Below, piece by piece: positions 25,932-35,545 of a stretch of 64,000 bases of DNA. Numbering within the stretch: position 1 is the first letter of the stretch; every line of letters starts with the position of its first letter. The position numbers and the translations under genes are program-made. Below the pieces are notes generated by a model that did no database searches, was not told where the DNA came from, and saw only the letters and a program-made list of their open reading frames with translations. The DNA is from Desulfuromonadales bacterium (lineage in GTDB: Bacteria; Desulfobacterota; Desulfuromonadia; Desulfuromonadales; SZUA-540). The stretch covers positions 1 through 64,000 of the forward strand of contig JAWSUS010000001.1 of the NCBI GenBank assembly GCA_033549025.1, in the 5' to 3' direction.

Positions 25932-26687
25932 ATGGACAGTTTTCTCGGAGGCGGCGATCTCTACTTCGACCGTCTGACGGATGCGGGGGTCTCCCAGGGC
26001 GCCAAGATCGCCGGGGCCACCACGAAATTCGCCCTCAACCCCGAGTCCGAGCTGAAAGAGCAGGTCGGGCGCGGACGCGACAACTACGGTCAGGTCATCG
26101 CTTCGGCCACGCTGCCCGGCAAGACCAATATCTCGATCACCCTCAACCAGCTCGATGCGGCCAATCTGGCCGTCGCCTTTCTGGGCGATGTGACCGTCGG
26201 CCAGCAGGCCAGCGGCAGCATCTTGGTGGGCAGCCCGGTAGCGGTAGCCGCCATCCATGATCGTTATGTGGAGATCGGCAAGGAAGAGCTCAGCAACGTG
26301 GTGGTCAAGGACGATACCGACACCACGACCTATGTCGAGGGCACGGATTACGTGCTGCATGCCCGCCTCGGCATGATCAAGGTGCTCAGCACCGGCAGCA
26401 TCGCCGATGCCGCCACCATACATGTCTCCGGCGACTACGCCGAAGTCAACTTCGAAAAGATTACCGGCGGAACCTCGCCGATCATCCGGGCCCGGCTGGT
26501 GCTCGACGGCAAGAACTACGTCAACGGCCGCAACGTCAAGGTGCTGGTCAAAGACGCCCGGCTCAAGCCGTCAACGGAGGTCGATTTTCTTTCGGAAGAC
26601 TTTCTGCCCCTGGAGCTCGAAGGGGTCTGTGAAATCCCCGAAGGAGATACCACGCCGTTTGAGGTCATCTACTACGAAACGACCTGA
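25932..26687 (+). CDS. Major tail tube protein
   Basis: FLGGGDLYFDR, YVEGTDYV, LELEG; no sheath gene present. Confidence 0.8.
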   Translation: MDSFLGGGDLYFDRLTDAGVSQGAKIAGATTKFALNPESELKEQVGRGRDNYGQVIASATLPGKTNISITLNQLDAANLAVAFLGDVTVGQQASGSILVGSPVAVAAIHDRYVEIGKEELSNVVVKDDTDTTTYVEGTDYVLHARLGMIKVLSTGSIADAATIHVSGDYAEVNFEKITGGTSPIIRARLVLDGKNYVNGRNVKVLVKDARLKPSTEVDFLSEDFLPLELEGVCEIPEGDTTPFEVIYYETT

Positions 26688-26690
26688 TTC

Positions 26691-26721
26691 ACCGGGCGGC
26701 CATCAGCGCCGCCCGGTTTTT
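26691..26721 (+). terminator. Terminator after the tail tube gene
   Basis: ACCGGGCGGC/GCCGCCCGGT + TTTT. Confidence 0.7.
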
Positions 26722-26746
26722 AACTGATCTTTAACGGGAGAGTCGC

Positions 26747-27097
26747 ATGCGGAAAGAAAAGCGGGTCACGCTCGGGGAGGAAGAAATCGTCGTCTCCGAG
26801 CTGACCGTCGAACAGGTTACCAACGTCATGGATGGTTTGGAGGCGCAGCAGACCGGGACGCTCGATCTGCTCTTCCATGATCGGCTGCCGGTGGCTGCCG
26901 TCAGCCTCGCCTCGGCGCTATCGTCTAAGAAGCTGAACGGGATGGCCCCATCGGAGCTGGACACACTCTGGAAGGCGGTGGAGGACGTAAACCCTTTTTT
27001 CGTCGGGATGGTGGAGAGGCTGGCCGCCTTCGGCCAGGCGGCTCTGGCAGCCGGGAACCTTTCCGCCGAAGTGTTGAAAAAGCCTGCTGCCAGTTAA
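26747..27097 (+). CDS. Tail assembly chaperone (possible -1 frameshift extension to 27198)
   Basis: VSELTV, PSEL, VNPFF; G-AAA-AAG at 27076-27082. Confidence 0.75.
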   Translation: MRKEKRVTLGEEEIVVSELTVEQVTNVMDGLEAQQTGTLDLLFHDRLPVAAVSLASALSSKKLNGMAPSELDTLWKAVEDVNPFFVGMVERLAAFGQAALAAGNLSAEVLKKPAAS

Positions 27098-27172
27098 TGG
27101 CGGCGGGCTGTGGTCAGCCGTGGGTCTGGGGTTGGTCGCTGTTTGAGACGGTATGCGAGGAACTGCCAAAAG

Positions 27173-27388
27173 CTATCGACGGCAAAGACTCGCGATGAAG
27201 ACCACGACGGCCGCCGTCAGTAGCGCAAAGAAGGCGATGACGACCCCGGCGCCAAGGATGGGGCCAACATGGCCGAACAGCCGGGCGGCCTGTTCCGGGT
27301 CGAGGGCAAGCCAAGCTCCGATCATCCCGCTCAGCAGGATGACTAGCAGGTTGGGCCAGCCGAAGGTTTTGATGGCGGTGTTTTTCAT
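27173..27388 (-). CDS. Small two-TM membrane protein (moron)
   Basis: Two hydrophobic helices; antisense between the chaperone and tape measure genes. Confidence 0.55.
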   Translation of the reverse strand: MKNTAIKTFGWPNLLVILLSGMIGAWLALDPEQAARLFGHVGPILGAGVVIAFFALLTAAVVVFIASLCRR

Positions 27389-27415
27389 ACCTAAAATTTA
27401 GCAGGTTATGGGCAG

Positions 27416-30400
27416 ATGACAAACCAAAAAGTCAAGGTCGAGATCAGCGCCGATGCCTCTGACTTCCAGAAGGGGGTCAAGGTTTCGCTCCAGGAGCTCG
27501 GCAATCTGGGCCGGGGCTATGAGCGCTTGCGCAAAAGCCAGAACAAGGTCAGTGCGGCCCGTGATCTGCTCGACGTGCGCCCCCACCGGCAGATCCGTCG
27601 CGAGATCGACCAGCTGTCCGCCGCCTATAATCGTCTCAAGCGATCGGGCCAGCTCAGTGCCCGGGAGCTCTACCGGGCGCAACTGCAGTTGCAGCGCAAG
27701 ACGGCTGAACTCAAGCATGACACTAACGGCTGGGCCGATTCCATCGCCTCGGCGCGGGCCGGCCTGGCTGCCCTGGCTGTGGTCGGCTATGGCGTGGTGA
27801 GAGGTATGGCAGGCTACAGCGACTTCGCGCAGCGCATGGCAGAAGTCAGCACTCTCACCGACACATCCGCCGAAAGCATGGCCGCCCTGTCAAGAGAGGT
27901 CATCAACCTGTCGCGCAACGTGCCCCAGACCGCCTCGCAGTTGGCGGCGGCCCAGTACGATATCCTATCTGCCGGGGTGTCTCTGGAGCGTTCCGTGGGC
28001 GTGCTCGAACTCTCCAGCAAGGCCGCCGTGGCCGGGGTGACTGACACCAAGACGGCGGTCAATGCCGGGCTTGGTGTCCTGAACGCCTACGGGCTACAGG
28101 TGGGGGAGTTGGGGGACGTCTACGATGCTCTGTTCACCACGGTGAAATTGGGTGTGACCACCTTCCCCGAGCTCAGTCAGCACATCGGCGACACCTTGCC
28201 TACCGCCAAGGCGGCTGGAGTGGGGTATCGCGAGGTGGCCGCCGCCGTGGCCGCCTTGACCAAGGCGGGGATACGCACCCCTCAGGCAACCACCGCCATG
28301 AAGGGCGCCATCAACGCGCTGGCGGCGCCGACGGCCGAAGCCCGCAAGCAGATGCAGGCGCTGGGGATCGAATGGCGGGGGCTGCTGCCGACCCTGGAAC
28401 AGATTGCCGCCCAAAGTCTCAGCATTGACCAGATGCGGATGCTGATCCCTGATGTGGAAGCGCGCACCGGGGTTTTGGCGTTGACCCAGAACATCGAGGG
28501 GCTGCGTCAGATCCTGGGCGAGATGGACACCGCGGGCGGGGCCATGCAGGACGCCTATGACAAGATGGCCGACACGCCACAGAATCAGCTGCAGCTGCTG
28601 AAAAACGAGGCGTCGGCCTTGGCCCTGACTTTGGCCGGGGTGGTCTCGAAGGGCCTGCTGCCGGCCATCAAAGGGATCAACATCTTTCTGAAACTGATTA
28701 ACGAGGCCGACCCGGTGACCAAGGCTCTGGTTGCCACGCTGTTCTCGGCCGGGGCAGCCTTCACGCTTTGGCACCTGGGCCTTGGCAAGATTGTCTTCGG
28801 CCTGCGCGGCGCCGGGCTGGCCATGCTGGAGTCCCGGCAGCAGATGCTGGCCTGGATCTCTACCACAAAGGGCGCGGCCCTGGCCATGCGCGGGCTGACG
28901 GCAGCCGTGGCCATTTGGGCGGCGATCAAGCTGACTCAGGCGGTCGTTGAGTATGTCAAGATGCGCGAGGCGATCGAGGAAGCCGAGGCGGCCCAGGAGC
29001 GGCTCTTTGAAACCACTGGCCGGGTCAAGGACAAGTTCGCCGAGTTCCGAGATGTCGAGATCCCCGCCGATCTGACCGGCAAGACTCAGGAAGACTTGCA
29101 GGCGCTGCGTGCTGACCTGTCCCGCGCCAGGGCCTACTGGGTGGCTCAGCTGAGCGAAATATCCGAAAAAGCCCGGCAGACCAACTGGCTGGGGAATCCG
29201 ACCGAAGAGGCACGGGAAGCCCAAAAGCAGCTGGCCGAGACCGAGCGCAAGGCCGACGGATATATTGCGGCTATCGGCAGGGTCAATCAGGCGCTGAATG
29301 GTCAGGGAGAAAAGACTGCCACGGTGGGCCGTATCGGGCAGGAGGTCTATGAGGACTTGGCCGAGGAGGCCAAGAAGAGCTACGAGGCCCAGACCCGCGC
29401 CGCCGAGAAGTGGGCCGGCCGTGTCATTGATCTCGACGAACAGATCCGGCAGCAGCGGCAGAGCACCGAGGACAAGCTGCGAGCCCTGGCCCAGAAGGGC
29501 ATGACCGACCGTCAGCGCTACCAGGACGACCAGGCGCTGGGCAGCGAAAAGACCCGGGCGGCCGAGGCCGAACTGGCTGCGGCGCAGACGGCTTATGTCG
29601 GAGCCCAGGCCAAGCGCACCGAGGCGCAGCGGTTGATGGTCGAGATGCAGGCTGCCCTGGCATCGGGGGATGCCAAAGCGGTAGCCAAGGCCCGGGCGGC
29701 GGCCCAGGAGGCCACTCGGCAGGCCGAACAGGCCACGGCGGCAACGGAGCAGCATTTTGGCCGGGCGCAGGAGCTGGCCCGGCAGGCAGAGCAGACCTAT
29801 GGCGAATTGGCCCGTGAGGTGCGCGATGGGGACACCGTCGTGATCAGCCTCCAGCAAGGAGTGCAGGCGGCACGGACCGGCGTCGAAGAAGTCGGCGCGC
29901 TTCAGGCCCGGATACTTGCAGCCCAGCGTGACCAGGCGGCCGGCTTTGCCGCCACGGCCATGGAAGCCGCCGGCCAGGCCGGCCAGGCGTTTGAATCCTT
30001 GAGCCAGCAGTCCCTGGAAGTGACCATCGAGACGCCGAACCTCGACCAGATCCGGAGCCAATTGCAGGAGCTGGCGAAGCCGGTAACGAAGGAAGTCCGG
30101 ATCAAGACGGTCGAGGCCCGCGCGGCGGGTGGCCCGGCCGGTGGGTATGTGCGAATGAGCCGGGGCGGGAGACTGCCCGGGCCGGACAGTAAGGAAGACA
30201 AAATTCCGGTGCTGGCCCGACCAGGAGAATGGTTTATCCGCAATGAAGCGGTTTCGGTCTGGTCTCGCGCCCTGGGCAGCGGATTCATGCACGCGATCAA
30301 CGCCCCCTGGTCAGGTGCCGGTCAGAAATTGCTGGCCGGGTTGCAGGGGGTGAAGATGCCGGCAATGTCTGCGCCCCGGGTGTCCGTGCCGAATGTTGCG

Positions 30401-30565
30401 CCGCTGCGTTTTGCCACGGGCGGCGCAGTCCCATCAGGAGCCGGCACGGTATCCATGGGCACCATCAATTTGGCGATCGGCGGCGACAGTGTCGCCGTCA
30501 GTGCGCCGGTGTCCGATCTTGACCGACTCAATCAATTGATCCGGAGGGCCAGAAGAACATCATGA
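27416..30565 (+). CDS. Tail tape measure protein
   Basis: 1049 aa Ala-rich helical; TP901-type core (YDILSAG, TVKLGVTTFPEL); C-terminal GGRLPG...PGEWFI. Confidence 0.92.
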   Translation: MTNQKVKVEISADASDFQKGVKVSLQELGNLGRGYERLRKSQNKVSAARDLLDVRPHRQIRREIDQLSAAYNRLKRSGQLSARELYRAQLQLQRKTAELKHDTNGWADSIASARAGLAALAVVGYGVVRGMAGYSDFAQRMAEVSTLTDTSAESMAALSREVINLSRNVPQTASQLAAAQYDILSAGVSLERSVGVLELSSKAAVAGVTDTKTAVNAGLGVLNAYGLQVGELGDVYDALFTTVKLGVTTFPELSQHIGDTLPTAKAAGVGYREVAAAVAALTKAGIRTPQATTAMKGAINALAAPTAEARKQMQALGIEWRGLLPTLEQIAAQSLSIDQMRMLIPDVEARTGVLALTQNIEGLRQILGEMDTAGGAMQDAYDKMADTPQNQLQLLKNEASALALTLAGVVSKGLLPAIKGINIFLKLINEADPVTKALVATLFSAGAAFTLWHLGLGKIVFGLRGAGLAMLESRQQMLAWISTTKGAALAMRGLTAAVAIWAAIKLTQAVVEYVKMREAIEEAEAAQERLFETTGRVKDKFAEFRDVEIPADLTGKTQEDLQALRADLSRARAYWVAQLSEISEKARQTNWLGNPTEEAREAQKQLAETERKADGYIAAIGRVNQALNGQGEKTATVGRIGQEVYEDLAEEAKKSYEAQTRAAEKWAGRVIDLDEQIRQQRQSTEDKLRALAQKGMTDRQRYQDDQALGSEKTRAAEAELAAAQTAYVGAQAKRTEAQRLMVEMQAALASGDAKAVAKARAAAQEATRQAEQATAATEQHFGRAQELARQAEQTYGELAREVRDGDTVVISLQQGVQAARTGVEEVGALQARILAAQRDQAAGFAATAMEAAGQAGQAFESLSQQSLEVTIETPNLDQIRSQLQELAKPVTKEVRIKTVEARAAGGPAGGYVRMSRGGRLPGPDSKEDKIPVLARPGEWFIRNEAVSVWSRALGSGFMHAINAPWSGAGQKLLAGLQGVKMPAMSAPRVSVPNVAPLRFATGGAVPSGAGTVSMGTINLAIGGDSVAVSAPVSDLDRLNQLIRRARRTS

Positions 30566-30942
30566 ATACTCTCGATACCATTGAGCTGCCCGGCTTGATC
30601 TGGGCCGATGAATTTGACTGGAGCGGTGTCGTGAGCGAGGCCGCTCCCGCCATCAACGGGAGCGTCGTGGTGCAGGAGGCGGCTCTTTCTGGCGGCCGAC
30701 CGGTTACCTTGCAGGGCGACGCTACACGGGGATGGTTAAAGCGGTCGTCTCTGGTGGCGCTGCAGTCTCTGGCCGGCGCGCCCGGTGCCAGTTATGTACT
30801 GACGTGGGGTGGGACCCAATACACCGTGCGCTTCAGGCATGAAGACGGACCGGTGATTGCTGGCTCTCCCGTCATCGATTACGACACGGCCGGCGAGACC
30901 GACGATTACCACAGCATTACACTGAAATTAATCACGGTTTAA
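30562..30942 (+). CDS. Distal tail-like protein
   Basis: LIWADEFDW, GGRPVTL, VRFRH; follows the tape measure gene. Confidence 0.7.
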   Translation: MNTLDTIELPGLIWADEFDWSGVVSEAAPAINGSVVVQEAALSGGRPVTLQGDATRGWLKRSSLVALQSLAGAPGASYVLTWGGTQYTVRFRHEDGPVIAGSPVIDYDTAGETDDYHSITLKLITV

Positions 30943-30945
30943 ACG

Positions 30946-33360
30946 ATGATTATATCCGTTGAAATTGAAGATGCCGCTGGGCAGTGGAACGACGTGAGCA
31001 GCCTCATCGAGGAGCTGACCGATGGCACCGGCGATGCCGATCAGGTCATCCCTGAGATTACTCTCCAGTTCAGAAAAAGGCCGGCCGATCCCGATCTGTT
31101 CAACCCCTCAATCAACAAATGGCGGCCGCGTATCCGCGTCACCGAAGGCGAACTGACTATCTATTATTTAATGGAGCGCCCCCAGGGCAGTATCGTGCAG
31201 AGTCTGGATGCCAAGAGCCTGTATGGCCGCGCCTGGGCCGGGGTGCTCGACAACCTGCGGCCGGCCAGTTTCGACTGGCTCTTTGATACCCCGGCAAGCG
31301 TCATCTGCGCCCAGGTGGCTCATCAAGACATCGTCAACCAGAGTGGTTTGACGGTTCCAATCGTGTGGCAGGCGACCTTGGATCCTGTTATCCCCGGTGG
31401 CAGGTACAGCATCAGCCGCGCCAGCCGACGGGAGGTCATAGCCGAAGTGGCGGCCGCCTGCGGCGCCAGGGTCCGCAGCACTTTGGACGGCCTCGGGCTG
31501 GAAGTCTACGATACGCCGGCCAAGGATGGCAGCGCCCCTATTGCGGCCCGGTATAGTGATGGTATTGCCCCACTCAACTACGAGTGCCGTCGGCAGTTTG
31601 AACTTGCCAACGCCGTGCGCGTCCAGGGCGAAGTGCTCGACTACACCCAGCCAACCCTGCCCCGCATCGAGATCGAACTCAGCCCGCCTTACATTGAGGC
31701 CAATGGCACAGCCACCGCCACGGCGCGGGCGCGGGTGTACGATGGCAGCGGCCGCGCCGTGCAGCACAAGGCCATCATTGACGAGGCCATCACCGCCGGC
31801 AGTTACAGCGAGATCCCGGTGCAGGGGTGCTATGCCGTGCAGGGGGTCTGGCTTAACATCGGCACGCAAGAGGCCCCGGTCAAAGGCACGCGCCTGGAGC
31901 CGATCGGCTTTACCGCCAGCACCATCACCGTGGCCGCGCAGAGCACCCAGCTCTTTATCGTCAGCTACACCCGGGCCGAGTCGGTGAGCTGGAGCCTGAC
32001 CGACTATCAGGACCAGGTCGACGGCGAGGCGCAGGCCTCCACCGGCGACCTCAGCGTCTCCACCGCCCACCCCATCGGGCGGGTGCGCGGCGTCTATCGG
32101 GCCACCGACACCAACCGCACCGGCACCAACTACTTTGCCGGCGGCAGCGCCACAGCCAACACACAGACCATCACCTTGGGGATCTCGCCCGGGGCCACCG
32201 GCACGCCCCTGCTCATCGATTACGACATCTACAACGGCTTGCCCGTGGGGGCCTCGCTGTCGCCCACGTCCACCCTGGTGGATAGCGGCGGTTTTGCCAC
32301 CACCACCATCGGCGCCGGCACCACCCTCGGCACCGCCGTGGTCACCGCCTCGGCTTTGGGGCAAAGCGGCACGGCCGAACTGGCCCTGATCGGCAGCGCC
32401 ATCGGCTCACTCCAGGTCACCATCGACCCCGCCGTGCTGCGGGCCCGCCAGGGCGACACCGGCGCCCCGATGACCGTCACGGATGAAGCCTGCGTGGTGG
32501 CCAGTGCCGTCGACCTCGGCATGACCCGCCCCTATGTGGCCGTGGACAACAAGATCGTGGTGGCCGAATCGGTCTATATCGGCGGCGTGCGCCAGTCGGT
32601 GGCCTACTGGACCAACGACGAAACCCTGGAAGATTACCGCATCTACCTCAACGGCTCGCTCCTGGACGGCTCACCCGCTCTGGCCAACTACACCAGCATC
32701 GTGGGCGAAGCCGAAGACGATCAGCAGGCGACCATCACCGCCGTGGTCACCGACAGCGCTGGCGACCCGGTCAGCGACGGCGAGGCCGTCAAGTTCGAGC
32801 TGATCGGACAGACGGCGGGAGCCTCCCTCGACATCAGCCAGGGCTATACCGTCGACGGCGAAGTCGAGGCCGTGCTGACGGCCGGCAATGTGGCCGAGTT
32901 CACCGTGCGGGTCACCGCCGGGCCGCTCTTTTACGAGGGCACCGTCTCCGTCGTGCTCAACCCCACCGGCGCCGAAGAAGATTCGTCCGAGTCGGGCACC
33001 GGCGGGCTGATCCGCCCACGCGATACGGCCTGCGGGTCGGGCTATCTGGTCAGCGCTGACGATACCTGCTGCAAAGAGTCGCCCAAAGACAGCGACGGCC
33101 CCTCCGGCTCGATCTGCGGCAAGCGCCGTCTGGTGGGCTGCGACGGCGAAGGGCTGGCCAAGGTCTGGGTCAAGGTCTGCGGCAACATCCTCACCCAGAC
33201 TGACGAAGACGGCTGGTTCCACTTCTGCTGCGGCGCCGAGGGCGCCAATACCGGCATCGCCTTCTACCAGGGCGAAGAGCATCAGATCTCCTGGACCATC
33301 GACCCCGCTGGCAGCGAGAGCCGTGGCGAGAGCAGCTTTACCGAGGGCTGCACCGTATGA
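30946..33360 (+). CDS. Tail tip/hub protein with Ig-like segments and Cys-rich C-terminus
   Basis: ANAVRVQG hub-like motif, ITAVVTDSAGDPVSDG Ig-like motif, Thr/Gly/Ala-rich. Confidence 0.7.
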   Translation: MIISVEIEDAAGQWNDVSSLIEELTDGTGDADQVIPEITLQFRKRPADPDLFNPSINKWRPRIRVTEGELTIYYLMERPQGSIVQSLDAKSLYGRAWAGVLDNLRPASFDWLFDTPASVICAQVAHQDIVNQSGLTVPIVWQATLDPVIPGGRYSISRASRREVIAEVAAACGARVRSTLDGLGLEVYDTPAKDGSAPIAARYSDGIAPLNYECRRQFELANAVRVQGEVLDYTQPTLPRIEIELSPPYIEANGTATATARARVYDGSGRAVQHKAIIDEAITAGSYSEIPVQGCYAVQGVWLNIGTQEAPVKGTRLEPIGFTASTITVAAQSTQLFIVSYTRAESVSWSLTDYQDQVDGEAQASTGDLSVSTAHPIGRVRGVYRATDTNRTGTNYFAGGSATANTQTITLGISPGATGTPLLIDYDIYNGLPVGASLSPTSTLVDSGGFATTTIGAGTTLGTAVVTASALGQSGTAELALIGSAIGSLQVTIDPAVLRARQGDTGAPMTVTDEACVVASAVDLGMTRPYVAVDNKIVVAESVYIGGVRQSVAYWTNDETLEDYRIYLNGSLLDGSPALANYTSIVGEAEDDQQATITAVVTDSAGDPVSDGEAVKFELIGQTAGASLDISQGYTVDGEVEAVLTAGNVAEFTVRVTAGPLFYEGTVSVVLNPTGAEEDSSESGTGGLIRPRDTACGSGYLVSADDTCCKESPKDSDGPSGSICGKRRLVGCDGEGLAKVWVKVCGNILTQTDEDGWFHFCCGAEGANTGIAFYQGEEHQISWTIDPAGSESRGESSFTEGCTV

Positions 33361-34406
33361 GCGATATAAGGCTGTGCAACCAGGCCAGCCAGCAGGCGCA
33401 GAGCGACATCAGGCTGTGCAAGCAAACCCAAGAGCCAACCTCGCGAGAGATCGTGCTGTGCGAGCAGCCAACCGAATGCCCGCCTGACGCTCCTGATTTT
33501 ACCTATGAGATCGTCGGCAACCAGATGCGGGTACTGACAGGGCAAACGCCCCTGTTTCGGGTGGTGGGCGCACCGTGCGGAACCGGTCAGCCCAGTGATA
33601 CACTCGCCATTGGTCAGTGGGTCGCGCTCAATTGCCGGTGCAGCTCCGCCATTATCGACGCCTGCGGCCGCTCCACGCCTGCGGCCTATGGCGATCCGAC
33701 CAACCCGCCGCCGGTGGTGAGCGGCCCTGATACCATCGGCGTGGGCTCTACCTATATCGTGACCGATGGAGACCCGCCATTCACCTGGGATGCCGCCGGC
33801 GCGCATTTCACCGAGGGCACCCGCTCGATACAGATCACCAGCATAGCCGAGGTGTGCAGCGGCAGTGTATCGGTCAGCGATGTTTGTGGCCGCACCGACT
33901 CGATGAGTGTGACCGTGGGTGGGGTGCTCACCCTGACTGGTACCGAAACGCCCGTGGTTGGCAGCCAATACGGCGTCAGCGGCGGCAAAGCCCCCTATCT
34001 TTGGTCGATCTCCTGCGGGTCAATCGATGAGACCGGCCAGATCACCAGCCTGGACGGCTGTTGCGGCAGCGGCACGGTATCGGTATCGGATGCCTGCGGT
34101 GGCAATGCTGTCATGGATGTGCGGTTTGCGGATGGGCAGTGGGTGTTTTTGGGGTGGCAAAAAACGGGCACGCTACAGGGGCAAGGTTCCTGCCATACCA
34201 TGAATATTGAGGGTGCTCCTGTCGACTGTGAGGCCTTTGTAGTCACGGGCTGTGCCAGTTTCCCATCGGAGTATGTGTCTCGGGCCGGGCGCTGCGCGAC
34301 GCACCGTGTGTATGAGCAATGCGATGTATGGAGTGACGGGGTGACGCCGATTTATATCAGGAAGATTTATTACTGCCGCCCCATCGAAGAATGGCAATGC
34401 CTATGA
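33357..34406 (+). CDS. Cys-rich tail protein with internal repeats
   Basis: 21 Cys in 349 aa; SDIRLC repeats; DxCG-ending modules. Confidence 0.7.
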   Translation: MSDIRLCNQASQQAQSDIRLCKQTQEPTSREIVLCEQPTECPPDAPDFTYEIVGNQMRVLTGQTPLFRVVGAPCGTGQPSDTLAIGQWVALNCRCSSAIIDACGRSTPAAYGDPTNPPPVVSGPDTIGVGSTYIVTDGDPPFTWDAAGAHFTEGTRSIQITSIAEVCSGSVSVSDVCGRTDSMSVTVGGVLTLTGTETPVVGSQYGVSGGKAPYLWSISCGSIDETGQITSLDGCCGSGTVSVSDACGGNAVMDVRFADGQWVFLGWQKTGTLQGQGSCHTMNIEGAPVDCEAFVVTGCASFPSEYVSRAGRCATHRVYEQCDVWSDGVTPIYIRKIYYCRPIEEWQCL

Positions 34407-34774
34407 AAACCATCGCCGAGCGCATTTATTTAGGCGAAACCGCCACGCAGATCGGCATCACCCCGGCCGAGTGGGAAAGCCGGCAGCGGCTGGTGCAGGA
34501 GTTCGTCGTAATGTGGCCCGGTGACGATGACTTCAGCTCGGCCTACCGGGCCTGGATCGCCACCCGAGCCGAGGGGCAGCGTGGCCGCTCCGCCCAAACC
34601 ACTGTCACGGCGGCCCCTGCCGGGCAGCGTGGCCTGGGGGATACGGTGGCGGCGATCACGCAGGCGACCGGCCTGGACAAGCTGGCGCACCTCTACACCA
34701 GGGTCACGGGCAAAGACTGCGGCTGCAAACGCCGCCAGGCGCTGTTGAACAAACTGGTACCATACAGGAGATAA
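34391..34774 (+). CDS. Hypothetical phage protein (GLGD...CGC motif)
   Basis: GLGDTVAAITQATG...KDCGCKRRQALLN. Confidence 0.7.
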   Translation: MAMPMKTIAERIYLGETATQIGITPAEWESRQRLVQEFVVMWPGDDDFSSAYRAWIATRAEGQRGRSAQTTVTAAPAGQRGLGDTVAAITQATGLDKLAHLYTRVTGKDCGCKRRQALLNKLVPYRR

Positions 34775-34775
34775 T

Positions 34776-35543
34776 ATGGATCTGCAGAGCACGCAAATCA
34801 AACAGATCATCGACCGGGGCGGGCTGCTCTACCTGTTCAGCGAGGGCGGAGTGGATATCTACCGGCAGGACACCTGGCAGCGCCAAGCCTGGGCCTCCCT
34901 GCCCGGCGTACGATCCGGCGCGGTCAATGATCTGGGAGTCTGGCTTGGCACCGCGTTTGGTGTCTGGCATCTGCCCCACGGGGTAAGCGGCGGCGCCAGC
35001 AGTCGGCTGACGCTCACCTACACTGATCTGACAGCCACCGCCCTGGCCAGTGCCGATGTCAAAGGCCTGGCCGGCCTGGGCAGTGCGCTGGCGGTTGTCA
35101 CCGCCGCCGGGGTCGATTTTATTCCGGCACCCGGGGCCGTCTATCGCTACACCGGCCTGCTATTGCCGGGGGCGGTGGCGCTATCCTCCACGTCGCTGGC
35201 CTATGCGGTGCAGTCCGGTCTGCACCTGGTGGCTATCCCTGCGGTAGACTGGGACGCCACCGCCGCCACAGTACTGTCGACCACCAGCACCCCGGCCCTG
35301 CTGAGCGATTCAGTGCAGGCGCTGGCCTGGGGCACCGATCTCTTTATCGGCACGGTCGGCGGTCTCAACGTGTTTGACCCGGGCGCCGTCAGCCTGGCGG
35401 CCATCACCAGCGAGCTGGGCACCGTGGTCGATGTCAAGGCCCTCTCGCCCACGCCGACGGCTACCGCAGCGGCCGGGTTTTGCGCGGTCGGCACGGCCGA
35501 TGGGGCCAATGGCGGGCAATTCACTATTTTGCAGATGGGGTAA
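34776..35543 (+). CDS. Tail-associated beta-rich protein
   Basis: AGGAG RBS; paralog of the next gene. Confidence 0.7.
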   Translation: MDLQSTQIKQIIDRGGLLYLFSEGGVDIYRQDTWQRQAWASLPGVRSGAVNDLGVWLGTAFGVWHLPHGVSGGASSRLTLTYTDLTATALASADVKGLAGLGSALAVVTAAGVDFIPAPGAVYRYTGLLLPGAVALSSTSLAYAVQSGLHLVAIPAVDWDATAATVLSTTSTPALLSDSVQALAWGTDLFIGTVGGLNVFDPGAVSLAAITSELGTVVDVKALSPTPTATAAAGFCAVGTADGANGGQFTILQMG

Positions 35544-35545
35544 CT

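Noticed and set aside
28094..30292. 732-aa minus-strand ORF and other long antisense ORFs (18285-19982, 31168-32364)
   Set aside because: Shadows of GC-rich coding genes on the opposite strand; no motifs
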